A DNA stretch of 64,000 nucleotides from Rhodosorus marinus CCMP1338 (GCA_029953675.1 JAMWBK010000006.1:2408616-2472615); one strand, 5' to 3'; positions 24,686-36,814 are shown, counted from the first letter of the stretch. Made by a program: numbers and translations. Notes: generated by a model not told the origin, from the sequence alone.

Positions 24686-25045
24686 CGTGCGAAAAAAAAC
24701 AACGACGTCCCGATCCTAACGCCATCGACATCCGCTTCCTCCCCCCCACGACATTGAAGATCACCCACATCCGAATCACATGTACATATATATATACTAC
24801 CCTCCCATCCAATGACCCTCAACCCAAACCAAAAAAAAAGCCAATACCCCCTAACCTCCTTCCCCCCGCGAACTGAAAATAGTGATAGTCGCTGTTCCTC
24901 GTATCGATCCTGAACCCAACCCTCCCGGGCGAACGGAAGACTAGTACGGAAACATTGTTCCTCGTGTTGAATTCTGGAGTTTTAAACCAGATCGTTTAAG
25001 ATTCCACTGCTTAGCATTTTACCCTAGAGACCTTTGCTTTTTCCC

Positions 25046-25047
<2 letters not shown>

Positions 25048-25077
<30 letters not shown>
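25048..25077. repeat. (CT)n microsatellite
   Basis: About 15 CT units. Confidence 0.95.
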
Positions 25078-25078
<1 letters not shown>

Positions 25079-26571
25079 GCTCTCTCTGCTCTGGACGTCT
25101 TGTCAGTTTTTTAGTTTCGCGTCAAAACAAGACAAGAGAAACAAAAATCAAAAAAAAAATTCGTCTTGAGAGCGGAAAAAGTCTACCTGTTGGCGGCTGA
25201 TGTTTGTTCACCAGTCCTTAATATATCTAAAAAACATTCTAGCGATATTCAACCAGTCATGCGTCAATTGACAAGCAAGTAATACATCGAAATTATTTTG
25301 TATGGTAACTTAAACGCACGTTCGTTAGTGATTCACGATTCGTTCATGGCATGACCTTCATGAACGAACTTGTGACATATGGGAGGGACGATTAAAGGGT
25401 ACCTGGTGGTACCATTTACGCGGCCATGTTGGTCGAGGTAGAAATATTGGAAAGCAATGATATGCAATGTTGTTGTTTCTTTTGAGGGGGGGGGGTGGGG
25501 GAAGGCGGAGGTGATTGAGGGATTGTGGAAAAGGCTGCGCGAAGGTGTCATATGGTCGGAGCTTTTCTGATGATGAGATGGGTTTTTGGGGGGGCCGCGG
25601 GATGGAGAAGTGCTAGCGTTTCTGGTTGCGGTGTGAGCTTTGTCGCTTTTTTTTTTTTTTTTTGGTGAGGTGTGGCATGGCAGGCTTTTGGATTGGTGTG
25701 TGGTTCTTGAGTGTAAGTTGGCTCGCTCTTGTGAAGACAGAAGTTTGCTTGCGAAGGATCGGTTAGATTTGACTTGGCTTTTCTGCATGATGTGTTTAGA
25801 ATCGAAAACAGTCGCGATAAAGAAACTGGACGCTCGTTGTTTAGCTTTTGGATTTGAGAGCGCTCCAATTGGAGACTCCTCGCCTTCAGTTTTTGGATTG
25901 GGGAGTGTCCCAACTGTGAAGGCTCGTCGTCTTTACTTTTTTTTACTTGAGAGCGTCCCAACCATGCCGAACGCAGGAAACAAATTCGGGATAGAGAGCA
26001 AAGAAGTGCTTTGAAGATTTCGTCCCACAAGCGCGGGGTTGTTGATTAGGACGGACCGTGACTAGTCGGCTTACAAGAATCTCACGCCTTCAACAATTGA
26101 GTCTTCGTATTCATGAGCTGAGACATGCACACATCAGACCAACACGAAAAAAGTTGTCTGGCGACGTACTAATCGATCGCCTGGCGTTCCCCCGGCCAAT
26201 ATCCCCGCAAACAACGAACTTCCCCCTCAACCTACAAATCTCCCCCAGTGTTTTTCTTTTATATTTTAAAGCTCCCCTACTTGGGACAAAAAAGAATTGG
26301 CCCATTTTACAAAGTCAACAAATAGATCAAACGGACCAACAGTTACTTGTCGTCGAAAAGTCATTCGCAAAAGAGTACTAAAAACAACTCAAAACAAACT
26401 TTCGGCGACGACCAATAATTATGCACATTTTTTCCTATCTGTTTTCACATTTCAAGAGGTAGCCCTGGTTATAGCGAGATCAACACACCAGATCTTAGAA
26501 GAGGAAAAGCACTTTAGAATACGTAAATGATGATGTTGATAGAATTTGACGGGCGGGGCTTTGCTGCCATT

Positions 26572-26810
26572 GAATGAATGAATTTGTCTAATCGGAGGCT
26601 GAAAGAAAAAAACCCCGAGGAGCAAAAAAAGACTAAGCGCGGCGAAGATCGTGCGCCTCCAACATCAAAGCAGCGTTCATACGCCACAGCAAGAAACCTA
26701 ACCGAGTAAGCACCTAGGACAGACGGTCAGGGCGTTCGCGGAACAGTTCCCGGAGCCAAACGAGAACCAACGGAATCCACAAAACCAAAACACTCAATGA
26801 CCCGAGGTCA
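26572..26810 (-). mobile_element. Family C retroelement 3' fragment
   Basis: Reverse complement of the C-terminal coding end and T-rich 3' UTR seen at 55170-55390. Confidence 0.85.
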
Positions 26811-26819
26811 TTGAATGCT

Positions 26820-27100
26820 TTATCCAAATGCAGCTCTAACGCCCTTCATCGTGCAGGAAAAAAAGCTCCCCGATCCCATCGCCATCGACGCCCGGTCCCT
26901 CCCCCCACGAAATTGGGGACCACCCACAGTTGACGTGCACATATAGATATCCACCACCCTCACATCCGATCATCAACCCAAACAACCAAAAAAAAGAAAA
27001 AAGAATGCCCTAAATCTTCTCCACCAGAAACTGAAGAATAGTAACGGACTTTTGTCCTGTCCTCGTATTGAATTCTGGAGTCGGAAACCCAGATAGATTC
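26820..27100 (-). pseudogene. Sulfatase 5' stub (promoter plus 9 codons)
   Basis: ATGAAGGGCGTTAGAGCTGCATTTGGATAA at 26849-26820. The upstream region aligns by eye with the upstream of the pseudogene at 24686-24900. Confidence 0.75.
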
Positions 27101-28315
27101 CAACATCCATTTTGCTTAACGGTCTAGAAGGAAACCGTTTTTCTACAGAATCAAAACTGCATAAAAAGCCTAAAAAGCAACCAACACACATAACCAGACA
27201 CATTCTGAGCTCGGGGAGAGCGAAATGGTGACCGAGCTCCACGCTTCGAGAAAGACTGCGTCGCGCTAGAGAGAGAGAGGATGCGGGACCCTCATCAGGT
27301 CAACCCTGATCAGGCTAACCCTGATCACGGAGTAGCTTGCCATATTATATACCCCTACATTGGTTCTAGGTAAAGAAATATTTTGTTCTAATCTAAGTTA
27401 TTCGCCTTAGACGAAGTATGACGTGCCAAGTTCACACATGGAGTTCCAGCAAAGTCTACCTGACATGACGTGCAATGTCATTTGTCCCGAGGGAGTGCTA
27501 ATATATCTTAATTTTTCTAGCGAAAGTTCATGACGTCCCAATGCGCGTATTTTATCTAATTTTTGTGATTATGGTATTGGTATAAAAAAAGAAAGTTTAT
27601 GAGGTGGTAAATTTGCTCAGTTTTTTTTTTTGGTAGGGGCGGTAAACAACGGGTTGCTGAGATCTTTAGAACTTTATGTGGATGAACGAATTTATTTACT
27701 CAGAGACAGAGACATAAAAAACAAAGAAAGGGACTGGAAAAATGACTAAACAATGGCGAAGATTGCACGCGGCCTCGAAACGTCAGAGCAGCGTTGATGC
27801 ACAACAGCAGCAGGGCCAGCAACTTGGACAGGAAAACAACGAGGAGAGACGCTTGCAGGGCAGTTCGCGGAGCAGCACTCCCGACGCTCACCAAGCTCAC
27901 CAAATGGCATCTAGAAACTCCAAACCATTATATAGTAGACGTTAAACGGCGTTAAATGCAGGGAATGATTCGGCATTTTTGTCTGCCTTTTCCCCGTTCC
28001 TACTTTTCAACAGTTTTCTGGAGATTGTGCCTCCGGAGGGACAAAAGGAAAAGGGAACTCCGCGTTTGCTTGCTTTTTTTGGGCCCGTGTCAGCACATCT
28101 GTTAAAATTTTTTTCCTGGCCAACGAGAAGTGGCTAGTGCCTCCGATGGTACACATCTCTAGAAACATTTCTATTTATTCTTTCTGTGCCTAAAAGAGAG
28201 CTGGCTTGCTGCCCAATGTTACACGATGAAGGGGGGAAAACCGTGATACAAATATCTCTTTCGAGGTTGCTTTGTTTTCTCCTCTTTTCTGTTGTTTTTG
28301 GTAACAAATGGAGGT

Positions 28316-28752
28316 ACGGCAAGCCGGTCCTGAAATCGAACATGAGAAGCCCCTGCCTGTCGCAGACTACCAAAATGATGGGCGCCGCGTGGCTGACCTC
28401 GTGGTCACCTGTGACGATAGCCGCCGTACGACGTACGTTGAGCTTGCTGCTCCTAATCCGGCAAATCTACTGCCAACATGAGACGTCGCAAAGAGTTGAA
28501 ATATGCGGGGGCCCTGTCTTCCCCAGGCATTCGTGCTTCGGCTCTAGTTCATCGCCTCGTACCTCTGGTTATTGAGTGCTTTGGGCTTATTGATTCCGTT
28601 GGTTCTCGTTGGCTTCGGGAATTCTTCCGCGAACGCCTTGACCGTCTATCCTCGTCGTTTACCCATTTAAGTTTCTTGCTTGGCGTATGAACGCTTAGTC
28701 TTTTTTTCCCCTCAGGGTTTTTTCTTTCAGCCTCGATTAAACCAATTCATTC
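28316..28752 (+). mobile_element. Family C retroelement 3' fragment (REL domain and 3' UTR), degenerate
   Basis: Matches 54870-55390 with frameshifts (RVADLVVTCDDSRRTTYV; IECFGLIDSVGSRWLRE). Confidence 0.85.
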
Positions 28753-28926
28753 AATGGAGGTGATGATGATGGGCGCAGAAAGGGCGGCAGCAAACGCTTT
28801 TTTTTAGACTATGATCGACTTGATGGGAGTTTTTAGGTCAATTTGGTAGTTTAGTATTTTATTAGTATGTACTAGGAGACGGACGCCGCCACAACTGCGG
28901 ACGTACCACGCACTATGTGTAGCTCC

Positions 28927-30588
28927 TCATTTTCGCTTTTTCCTCTTTTGGTTCGCTGTGGGGTCGTAGTCATGTTCGGTCTCGTAGACGTCGAATTCAT
29001 CCAAGACCTTGGATAATTCATCCCGTTCATCACGAAGCTCTTTCGGTACTTTGTTCCAGTTTGTGATTATAGGGTAACTGTCCAAGTCCCGTTTCTCATT
29101 CGACACGTCGTACCATCTGTCCCCGCCATCCTTCATCACATACGAACCTCTGATCAACTGTTTGTGACCGGTCGATCTGGTCTGATATGAAAAGTTGTAC
29201 TCGCGAGTGTGTTTTTTTGCGCCCCTAAACAAGTACTTATACAGACTTTGACCATGCAGCTCGTATCCATCCAGAAGGTAACTAACCCCCATCAGGTCCG
29301 CCACCGTCGGTACGATGTCAACGAAAGAGACGAACTCGCTCGACCTCCCTTGCTTTGTCATATTCATCCCGGGCGCATAAATGAACATTGGTACGTGTGG
29401 ACCCCTTTGCTTGTTCTTCGAGTCCTTGCCGTACCCCTTGGTGCCGTTATCAGTCGAGAAAATGATGACTGTGTTGTCAAGAACCCCGAGCTCTTTGCAC
29501 TTCTCCACGTACTGCCAAATTGTGTAGTCGAGGTACTCGACGTGGCGCCGAATCCCACCGTTGTTGATCCCCTTCGTCCTGTACTTTCCTCCCCGCTTCG
29601 ATATCACCGGCTCCTCCTTTGTGTACTTCTCCTTGGAGGCGTTCCAACTCAGGTTTGGAGTAGGTGGCCAAGTATCAGTCTTTTGATTGATAAAGTCGTA
29701 TGCTTTATGTCCGATTCTGGAAGTCGCGTAGAGGAAGAACGGTGTGTCCTCCTCCACACATGTTTCCATGAACTTTTTCGTCACTTCCATGTCCACGTCC
29801 GGACCGAAGGTTCCTCTACTGTATGCTTGTTTCGTCTTCCTCGTATTCGGATAGTAGACCAATTGCTCGTCCTCGTTTGGAGGATTTAACAGCAGCACAT
29901 GCGGCCGCCAAGTGTAGCTACGTTGAGGTCTGGCTCCTGGTTCTACCTTGCCGGTGTCCTTGTTTACGAATATCTTGTTGCCATCCTCGTCCACTCCCGC
30001 TCCTACAATTTGAAAGTCTGACAAAGGGCTAGGCAAGAATTCCTGTGGAGCTGGAACGAAAATACCTCGCTCAAACCCAAACTTGTCCAGGTTATTCACG
30101 TCCTTCATCCCTGCTCTTCCTCCCCAAAACGTCCCATACCCAGCAGCCGTTGCCAGATGTGCAATTCCCAGCGGAGACGTGATCCAAAGAGGAACGATAT
30201 CACCGACTTTCCCGTTTCCGTCAGTCCACGACCCGTAATCAAAATTGTACCACCACTTGGTAATCGTTGCGTACCTCCCGGTCATCAGCATGCCTCGACT
30301 TGCTGCGCAAATCGGGGTAGCCCACGCCTTGTCGAAGAAGATCCCCTCCTTCGCGATCTTATCCAGCATCGGCGTCTTCGCTCGAAAATGCTTCTTGTCC
30401 GTGGGCTCTTCGTCTGTACTAGACCAGACGCCCGTGTCGTACGACGGGAACTCCCTCGGGCTGAGGTCATCTCCAATCAAGACAATAATATTAGGTTTTG
30501 TGCGCGACTTTGCGCCATCCGCACCAGACAAAACAGCGCAATACAGCACCACGAACAGTCCCACAGAGAGCCCAACAGCCCCCTTCAT
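28927..30588 (-). CDS. Secreted sulfatase (formylglycine-type, Cys), intronless
   Basis: 553 aa with signal peptide, PNIIVLIGDD, KTPMLDKIAKEG, CAASRGMLMTGRY, IFSTDNG, GPHVPMFI and VSFVDIVPT. Confidence 0.93.
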   Translation of the reverse strand: MKGAVGLSVGLFVVLYCAVLSGADGAKSRTKPNIIVLIGDDLSPREFPSYDTGVWSSTDEEPTDKKHFRAKTPMLDKIAKEGIFFDKAWATPICAASRGMLMTGRYATITKWWYNFDYGSWTDGNGKVGDIVPLWITSPLGIAHLATAAGYGTFWGGRAGMKDVNNLDKFGFERGIFVPAPQEFLPSPLSDFQIVGAGVDEDGNKIFVNKDTGKVEPGARPQRSYTWRPHVLLLNPPNEDEQLVYYPNTRKTKQAYSRGTFGPDVDMEVTKKFMETCVEEDTPFFLYATSRIGHKAYDFINQKTDTWPPTPNLSWNASKEKYTKEEPVISKRGGKYRTKGINNGGIRRHVEYLDYTIWQYVEKCKELGVLDNTVIIFSTDNGTKGYGKDSKNKQRGPHVPMFIYAPGMNMTKQGRSSEFVSFVDIVPTVADLMGVSYLLDGYELHGQSLYKYLFRGAKKHTREYNFSYQTRSTGHKQLIRGSYVMKDGGDRWYDVSNEKRDLDSYPIITNWNKVPKELRDERDELSKVLDEFDVYETEHDYDPTANQKRKKRK

Positions 30589-33500
30589 CGATGAGGAAAA
30601 AAGAATAAAACAAAAAAAAGCAAGGGATCAAACGACTCGCTCCTCAGCAACGTCTTCCACACGCCCTTGCAGAGACACGCATGACTGTATATATATATGC
30701 GGCGCTATTAAGCCGATCACCAGAAAAGGAAATGCTGGCTGAAATATATGTACTCCATCAAGTAAACGAAAAAAATTCGGGGATACACACCCCGAAATCG
30801 GATCTATCTCGACTCTGATCCATCCTTTACGAAAATTTTCTCTCCATCTAGAAGCTTTTGACAAGCGCATCGCACGAGACAATTTATAAGACACATCGCG
30901 CTGTTCAATTCGGCTACAAATGTCACGACGGATAGCTACTGTTTCTTCCCCCAATAAGCGAAAAGCTCCGTCAAGCACAATTCTGTTTTGGTGAAATGCG
31001 GTTTTTGTGCGCCTGGGTAGGAATTAGACGAATGTTACATATTCATCATTTTTGGTTTTTATTTTTCCTTGGCCACGGAAGGTACAGGATAGGCCGACAA
31101 AACTAACTTTTTAGGAGGAGGGGGGAGGGGGTATGAACCGACTTTTTGTAAGGATAAGGAAATTTTGGTTTTATGTGTTTTCGATGTTTCTTCCTGACTG
31201 TTGCGGAATTCTTCTAGTTTCGAGTTGCAAGGCGGAAACTGTCTGATGGACAACGGTTGAGAAGATGAGCAAAAATACTAGAAAAAAACATCTCCGTTGA
31301 AAACAACCGGCCAATCTGAATGCGTTTTTTTCTCGACAGAAAATCAAAGTATCCTCAGCGGCAACAGTGGCCTATATTTTTTTTTGGCTCGCCAATATGT
31401 GCAACGAACCTATGGAGTTTCATTTTCGTTAGTTGATTTCAAAATACCTCAAGGGAATCGAACACTTTGTTTTAGGTCGAGGTACCTTGATGTGGAGAAA
31501 CAATACCAAGTTTAGGACCAAATTAGTTTTGACAAAAGGCGATAAGTGCTGAAGTTGTTCTCCATTACGAGGTCATGCTGGGAGAACTCTCGGTCCATAC
31601 TTAGAATTTTCTTGAAAACAATCAGGATACTGCAGAGTCATGGAGAGTGCAAGAGGATGTCAGAGGGGTGTAGTTGATGGCGTGGTGCGGATTGCATTCT
31701 TTCTTGTTCGTCGTGTTTTGAGACGTTAACGACGTGTTTTAGAACGTTCTGCTCCTATATCTTGAAGTTGAAACTTGTGGGGGGGGGGTAGGATAGAAAA
31801 AAAGCCATCCTTTTTCGTGGTTGGTGTAGCGGGTGTCTCCCCAGATTGTGCACCTAGAATAGTCCGGCTGTGAATCCCTTTTTTGGGTTGGTGAAGAGGT
31901 TGGATCGCGACAGAGGTTAACTCACGGCTAGAAATTGACCACTCCCCATGCAGGTGAACCGGGAGGTTGGTATGTATGGAGTGAATCACTTCAAGGAGGA
32001 AGACGTGATAAAGCGAGAAGATGACCGTCCCAAAGGAGAGTGGCGGAGTGGGGGGGAAGCAAATGCCATAAATCACTACACGAAGAACCTCAACCGGATG
32101 TTCTACTTTTTCATCGCTCAGCGCACTCGATTATAATAAAAATAGTATGCCCGACACGCCAGCGCTAGACCTCCCAAGATATTAAGGATGCAACTGAAAA
32201 GAACACGGCCATTAGCCGAGGCTCTGTCCAAGTCCTCATTGTGGCGAGATCGGTGCAAATGGGAAACCGACCCCCACTTAAAACTCCGCGCGAAGTTTGG
32301 TCCATCCGACTGAAGAAACAATCCCCAACCCTTTGCGTCCAGACCAACACACTTCCACCCACCCGCTCCAAGAACAAAATTTCCTTTTCCAGGTTTCCAA
32401 CCTAAGTCAATATCGATAGACTGGACAAAAAAAGGAAGTTATCGGAAAACAGTCGGAATTGAGTTTCTCCCTCATACACAACCAAGTGAAGGCTGATCGG
32501 CCTCAAAGACTCACAAACCGGCTCGCCTAACGCCCAAACCACCTCCTCTTTATCGCAGATCGAGAATTTCAGGTGGGCATTCTGAGACGTTTTGCACCAG
32601 TAACCAACGTGTCCAGATGCTTTCTTTCCTACATTAAGTTCTAGACAAAACAAAACGGTTACGAAAATAATTAGAAAATCGTTCTTAATCTACTGTTAAA
32701 GAGATTGAATGCAATCAATACGGAAGGCAGTGTTCTCTAGTACTCTGCGTTAAGTGTTTACAGAGTCGAAATATTGTAATGGCCGAAGACTATAGTCCCT
32801 TCCTTTGTTCTTTTTAGTCTCACCCTAAACGTATTTGAGTTGAAATAAATTGTAATGGCTTTGCATAGATGGGCAGGATAGAGCCCAGGGAGCCTTGGGG
32901 TGAGGGTATTGACTTTTAGGGGGACTAGTGCTTGTCGTGGGCTTTTTTACTATTATCTTCTTTTTGGTATCCACTACGCAAGCTCACATGAGAGAGAACG
33001 ATGACGGTTGCGGGTTTTAGTGCCTTGCTTATTGCGTACTTCTGTTGCAAACCCATCATAGCGCGGGAGCTCCTGCGTTTGAGGGCGTTCTCAGACTAGA
33101 TTAGATCGGGCAAAAGCCGATTAAAGCAGCGAGTCTCCTCCCAAAGCTCGAAAGAGAGAATCCAGGCATGGCTGTCTCCTTCTTTACAGCATGGCTTGCT
33201 GCGCACACACAGGATACTTCCCCAATCTTATGGTTGTTTACTTTTTTGCAGAGACGAGATGATTTTACGTATAAGCCTATGTCGTAGGCTTATCCGTCGC
33301 ACAAGCCTAGAAAACATCCGGGCGATAACATTCACATCCAGGAAAACGAGGAGCCGTCAGGTTTCTACTCCTGACATTCTCTACTTGTCTCAGGGTTCTT
33401 TGGTGCCACTGGCTGTGGTTGCCAATGCAATAAGGGTCACTCCATGGCTGTTCAAATGCAGCTTCAACAATTCAGAACACGAATCCACAAATTCCTCCCA

Positions 33501-33840
33501 GACCGGAGGCTATGAAGCAAAGGACTATGAAATAACCTTCCGTTGCACCAAATCCCGTCAAGTTGCTTTCGAAAGGTTCAGTCCCTTCATTCCGCGCTTC
33601 CCAATTACAGTCTCGAACCCTTTCAAAAGAGAAGGTCCAACACCAATCCCAACACCCGAAAAAGAAACAGCACAGATGTATAGAAATGCATTAAAAGTAG
33701 ATAGCACCAACTAACTAAATTGAAACTGCAAGCGAAGAATCTCTCGCGAAGCTTTTCGACTAAATCATTGGCCCATTCTGGTACTGTTTAGAAAATTATT
33801 CAAACCTTTTTAGTTATAAAATTCTGCACTTTCAAAACGA

Positions 33841-33876
33841 GGTTACGTTAGTCCGGGGTTACGCTAGTCTGAGGTT
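33841..33876 (+). repeat. 16-bp telomere-like repeat, about 2.2 units
   Basis: GGTTACGTTAGTCCGG GGTTACGCTAGTCTGA GGTT, at the point where the retroelement nest begins. Confidence 0.85.
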
Positions 33877-33903
33877 CACCAAGGCGAAGATGTAGATACA
33901 GAG

Positions 33904-34386
33904 ATGGAGCCAACGCCCACCTCTCCCGACACTGATGCCGTACAAGAGGTCCTCCGGAAGCTGACGAAGTACACTGAGTTCTACAGGGAGGTTGGGGTCT
34001 GCGACAATGCGATCGTTCGATTTTTTGATGGCGTGCACAAGCTCTATTTTTTTACCTCGGGGAACACCACCACCAAAGCAAACACAACCCACCCTGCATT
34101 CTCAAGCCCTTCTGAAGTGGTCACACACTCTGAAGTGCCAACCCACTCTGAAGTGCCAACCCACTCTGAAGTGCCGACCCACCCTGAAGTATCCACCGAT
34201 TCTGAAGAGCTCACCAACCTTGAAGTTTCAACCCATTCCGAAGTGCCAACCCCATCTGAGGTATCAACTTACCCTGACGGAGGAGACGAGAACTCGCACG
34301 CTGAGCTCCCCTGCAACCTTCAGGAACCTCCTCAACAAGGTTTGGAGTCTCCCAGCGACATAGGAGTTGACCAGGATGCGGAATCC
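33904..34386 (+). mobile_element. Family A ORF1-derived remnant with internal 18-bp in-frame repeats
   Basis: VQEVLRKLTKYTEFYREVGV and NSHAELPCNLQEPPQQ match the N- and C-terminal parts of ORF1 at 38263. About 9 degenerate SEVPTH units at 34111-34270. Confidence 0.75.
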
Positions 34387-34399
34387 TTAGTCTGGGGTT

Positions 34400-36230
34400 A
34401 CGTAAACCCCGTAGCCTTTATTCGGCTGCTACCTACCGTAGCGCACTACTAGAGCACTAGGTACGCTCTAAACATACCCAGACCCCCTGTCCAGGGGTCT
34501 CATCTAAAACTAGCTAACGGAAATATCGCCCGGTCCGCCCGGTCTTCTCGATCGCATGTTCGACTAGCTGCGAATTTTGCTGCCATAAATTGCGGTTCAA
34601 CTGACCTCTTACCGATGATAGGTGTGTTTCACGATCATGAAGATGAGCAGTTGCCTTTCGCAGAAACTCTAGCCCTGCCTGTCCCAGCCGTCCGTACGTC
34701 TCAAGAATGAATGATGCCAGTATCACCTCCCTGCGTTCAGCGCATATTACCTCCTGGTAGTGTGCCATTTTGCTTTGCTCCCCTTTCTCCGCTGCGTATC
34801 CGTTTCTCCAGCTCGTTTACCTCAATTGATGACGTTGAAGCGGCGACCTCACCATTACGTCCACCACGTACACATGTCCGGTGGTCGGGTGCCTCGCTAC
34901 ATAGTCGCTAATATCTGGTCGAATACCTGACCCGGAAAAGAACCCTTGCGGCTCCACTTGCAGGTCCGTAATATTCCACAGGTGCATCCATCGGCTCAGC
35001 TCCATTTTTAGTTCATCATTTCGCTCTGTTCGCATGCCTGACGATGTCCGGCAGTGATGCAGACGTTGATTTCCTCGTACAATATGAGGTTGTTCACAAA
35101 TCGTGCACGTGTATGACCGAGCTAGTCCTGGTAGTGGTAGCCCCAACAGCATCCGCATGCTCCATATCATCTCAGCTCTGTTCAACTGCCTCGGCCCTGT
35201 ACTGGACTTTACTAGCATAGCCCTGTACTAGGACAGTCTCGCAGCCATACGCCACATCCTGTTCCGGCTGCCGATCGGATGTGCGCCCGGTCAATACCTT
35301 CCAGCGTTGGATCCCCAGTAAGTACCTCAAAGGCTTGTCGGTGGCACTCTCGAGAGAGTGTTTTTTTTGTATTGGACCGTCAAACCTTTGGTTTCCTTCT
35401 GCGTCCTCAGCTGTGCCTTGGCTGACTCCTAAATCAACTGCCATTCCGCGATCCTCTTGATCCGCGCACTTGTGGTCGTTGACAACCGTCGTCCAATCGC
35501 GCGACTTGCCTCCCCCAGTTGCCTAGGAAGTGCGTCAGTTGTCCATTCTAGTCGACCCCTGAAACCGATTCCCCTTGCGCCACCGCAACACACTCCCGGT
35601 GAAGCCTTTCTAGGAATTTCGACTGAGTGACGTTCTCTTGCACGCTATTTTTCCACCCTGAGTGGAAGGCAACTGGTTGAATACGAGTTCGTGTGGCAAA
35701 TCCAAGTCCTCCCCATCGACAGGGTAGTCGTCTTTGTTGCTCAGCCTCTCGTTCGCTGATGTCTTGATGCTTTCGTGGCCCTCCGCACAACCCTTCCAGC
35801 TCCGAGAGCGTGATGGCATCGGCTTCTTATTCTAAAATGGGCTCCAAAAGGCGGAAAGGGGCTTCCCTGGCAGGGGGATCTCACTCTCTCCTTCCGTGAC
35901 AGTGGAGGCCATGCGGTGGGCTGCGGGTTTCTGCGAGTCAAGGCGCGAGCGCAGATACTCCAGGCGAGCATCCAGGTGCGCATGGATGGAAGCCGAGGTA
36001 GTGAACGGCATCGACTGCAGGGAAATCATGCGCTTAACTCTCTCCATCTGTTCAATGGCTCGTTCAAGTGTGCGTTGGCTAACTTCATGTGTCTGCAGTG
36101 TGAGCCTCTCATTGTACCCGATCAGGTTCCGCGCTTCTGGCTTGACTCCGGTGTGAATTGTTACCTGGTGATCTTGGCGGCGTCTCGCGAGGGATCCAAA
36201 CACCAGACTAAAGGTGGTGACACAGTGGAT
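34400..36230 (-). mobile_element. Family A retroelement, rearranged (ORF1 middle, RT C-terminus, CCHC, REL, 3' UTR)
   Basis: FGSLARRRQDHQVTIHTG (ORF1), LPCRWGGLG, CTICEQPH..LHHC, IRPDI..YVVDV and FILETYGRLG. The 3' UTR matches the family A consensus and ends in GGGGTTTACGT. Confidence 0.85.
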
Positions 36231-36240
36231 CCTTCGATCG

Positions 36241-36615
36241 GGTAGGCAGCTGCACAGTAAAGCTTACGGTTACCGACCGCGTTAGCGAACTGCTCATACC
36301 TCGACAACTAGGCATTGGAGTTAGCGGTGGAACTATCACTACACGCGATCCAGGTCCATCTCTCGTGCGAACCTGACGCCGTCGTCTTAGGGCTCGACCT
36401 GGAAAATGCGTTCAACCGCATCGACCGCCGCATCGCAAAGCAAATCCTGGACCACCATTTCCCCGAGCTGGGAGCCGTGTACCGGCTTGGCTACGGAAAT
36501 GACAGTACCGATGCTCCTACACTCTTCGGGTGGCGTGATACCCACGTTCGTAGTAGAAATAGTGATACGCTGCAGTGGGCAGCTGCCCAATAAAGTTTAC
36601 GGTTACGTTAGTCTG
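36241..36615 (+). mobile_element. Family A fragments: 3' end, RT segment, second 3' end with 16-mer
   Basis: GGCAGCTGCACAGTAAAGCTTACGGTTAC, then QLGIGVSGG..LGLDLENAFNRIDRR, then GGGCAGCTGCCCAATAAAGTTTACGGTTACGTTAGTCTG. Confidence 0.8.
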
Positions 36616-36665
36616 CGTACATAGTGTCTTAGTAGTGCGCTCTCCCACGCAACAGTCCGGGGTAA

Positions 36666-36702
36666 GCCCCTTTCGCCCCCTTTCGCCCCCTTTTCCCCCT
36701 TT
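36666..36702. repeat. C-rich 10-bp repeat (GCCCCCTTTC), about 3.5 units
   Basis: Four C4-5 tracts, which are G-tracts on the minus strand. Confidence 0.8.
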
Positions 36703-36814
36703 TTGGACTAAATCTGGTGGCTAGGGATCGGTAGGAATTGGGGGTGTAGGGGCAAGTCCACCCCTGCCTTTTTTTTTCTTTCGAAACGCGATTTGGGCCA
36801 GTCTACCCTGAAGC

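Noticed and set aside
25333-26030. Minus-strand peptides faintly like LTR-element pre-integrase regions
   Set aside because: No complete motif and heavily low-complexity; too weak to call.
27299-27329. AACCCTGATCA twice, containing a canonical AACCCT telomere-like hexamer
   Set aside because: Not a tandem TTAGGG/TTTAGGG tract; two short hits are unremarkable.
31726-33714. Possible decayed retroelement or gene fragments
   Set aside because: No diagnostic protease, RT or integrase motif could be confirmed.
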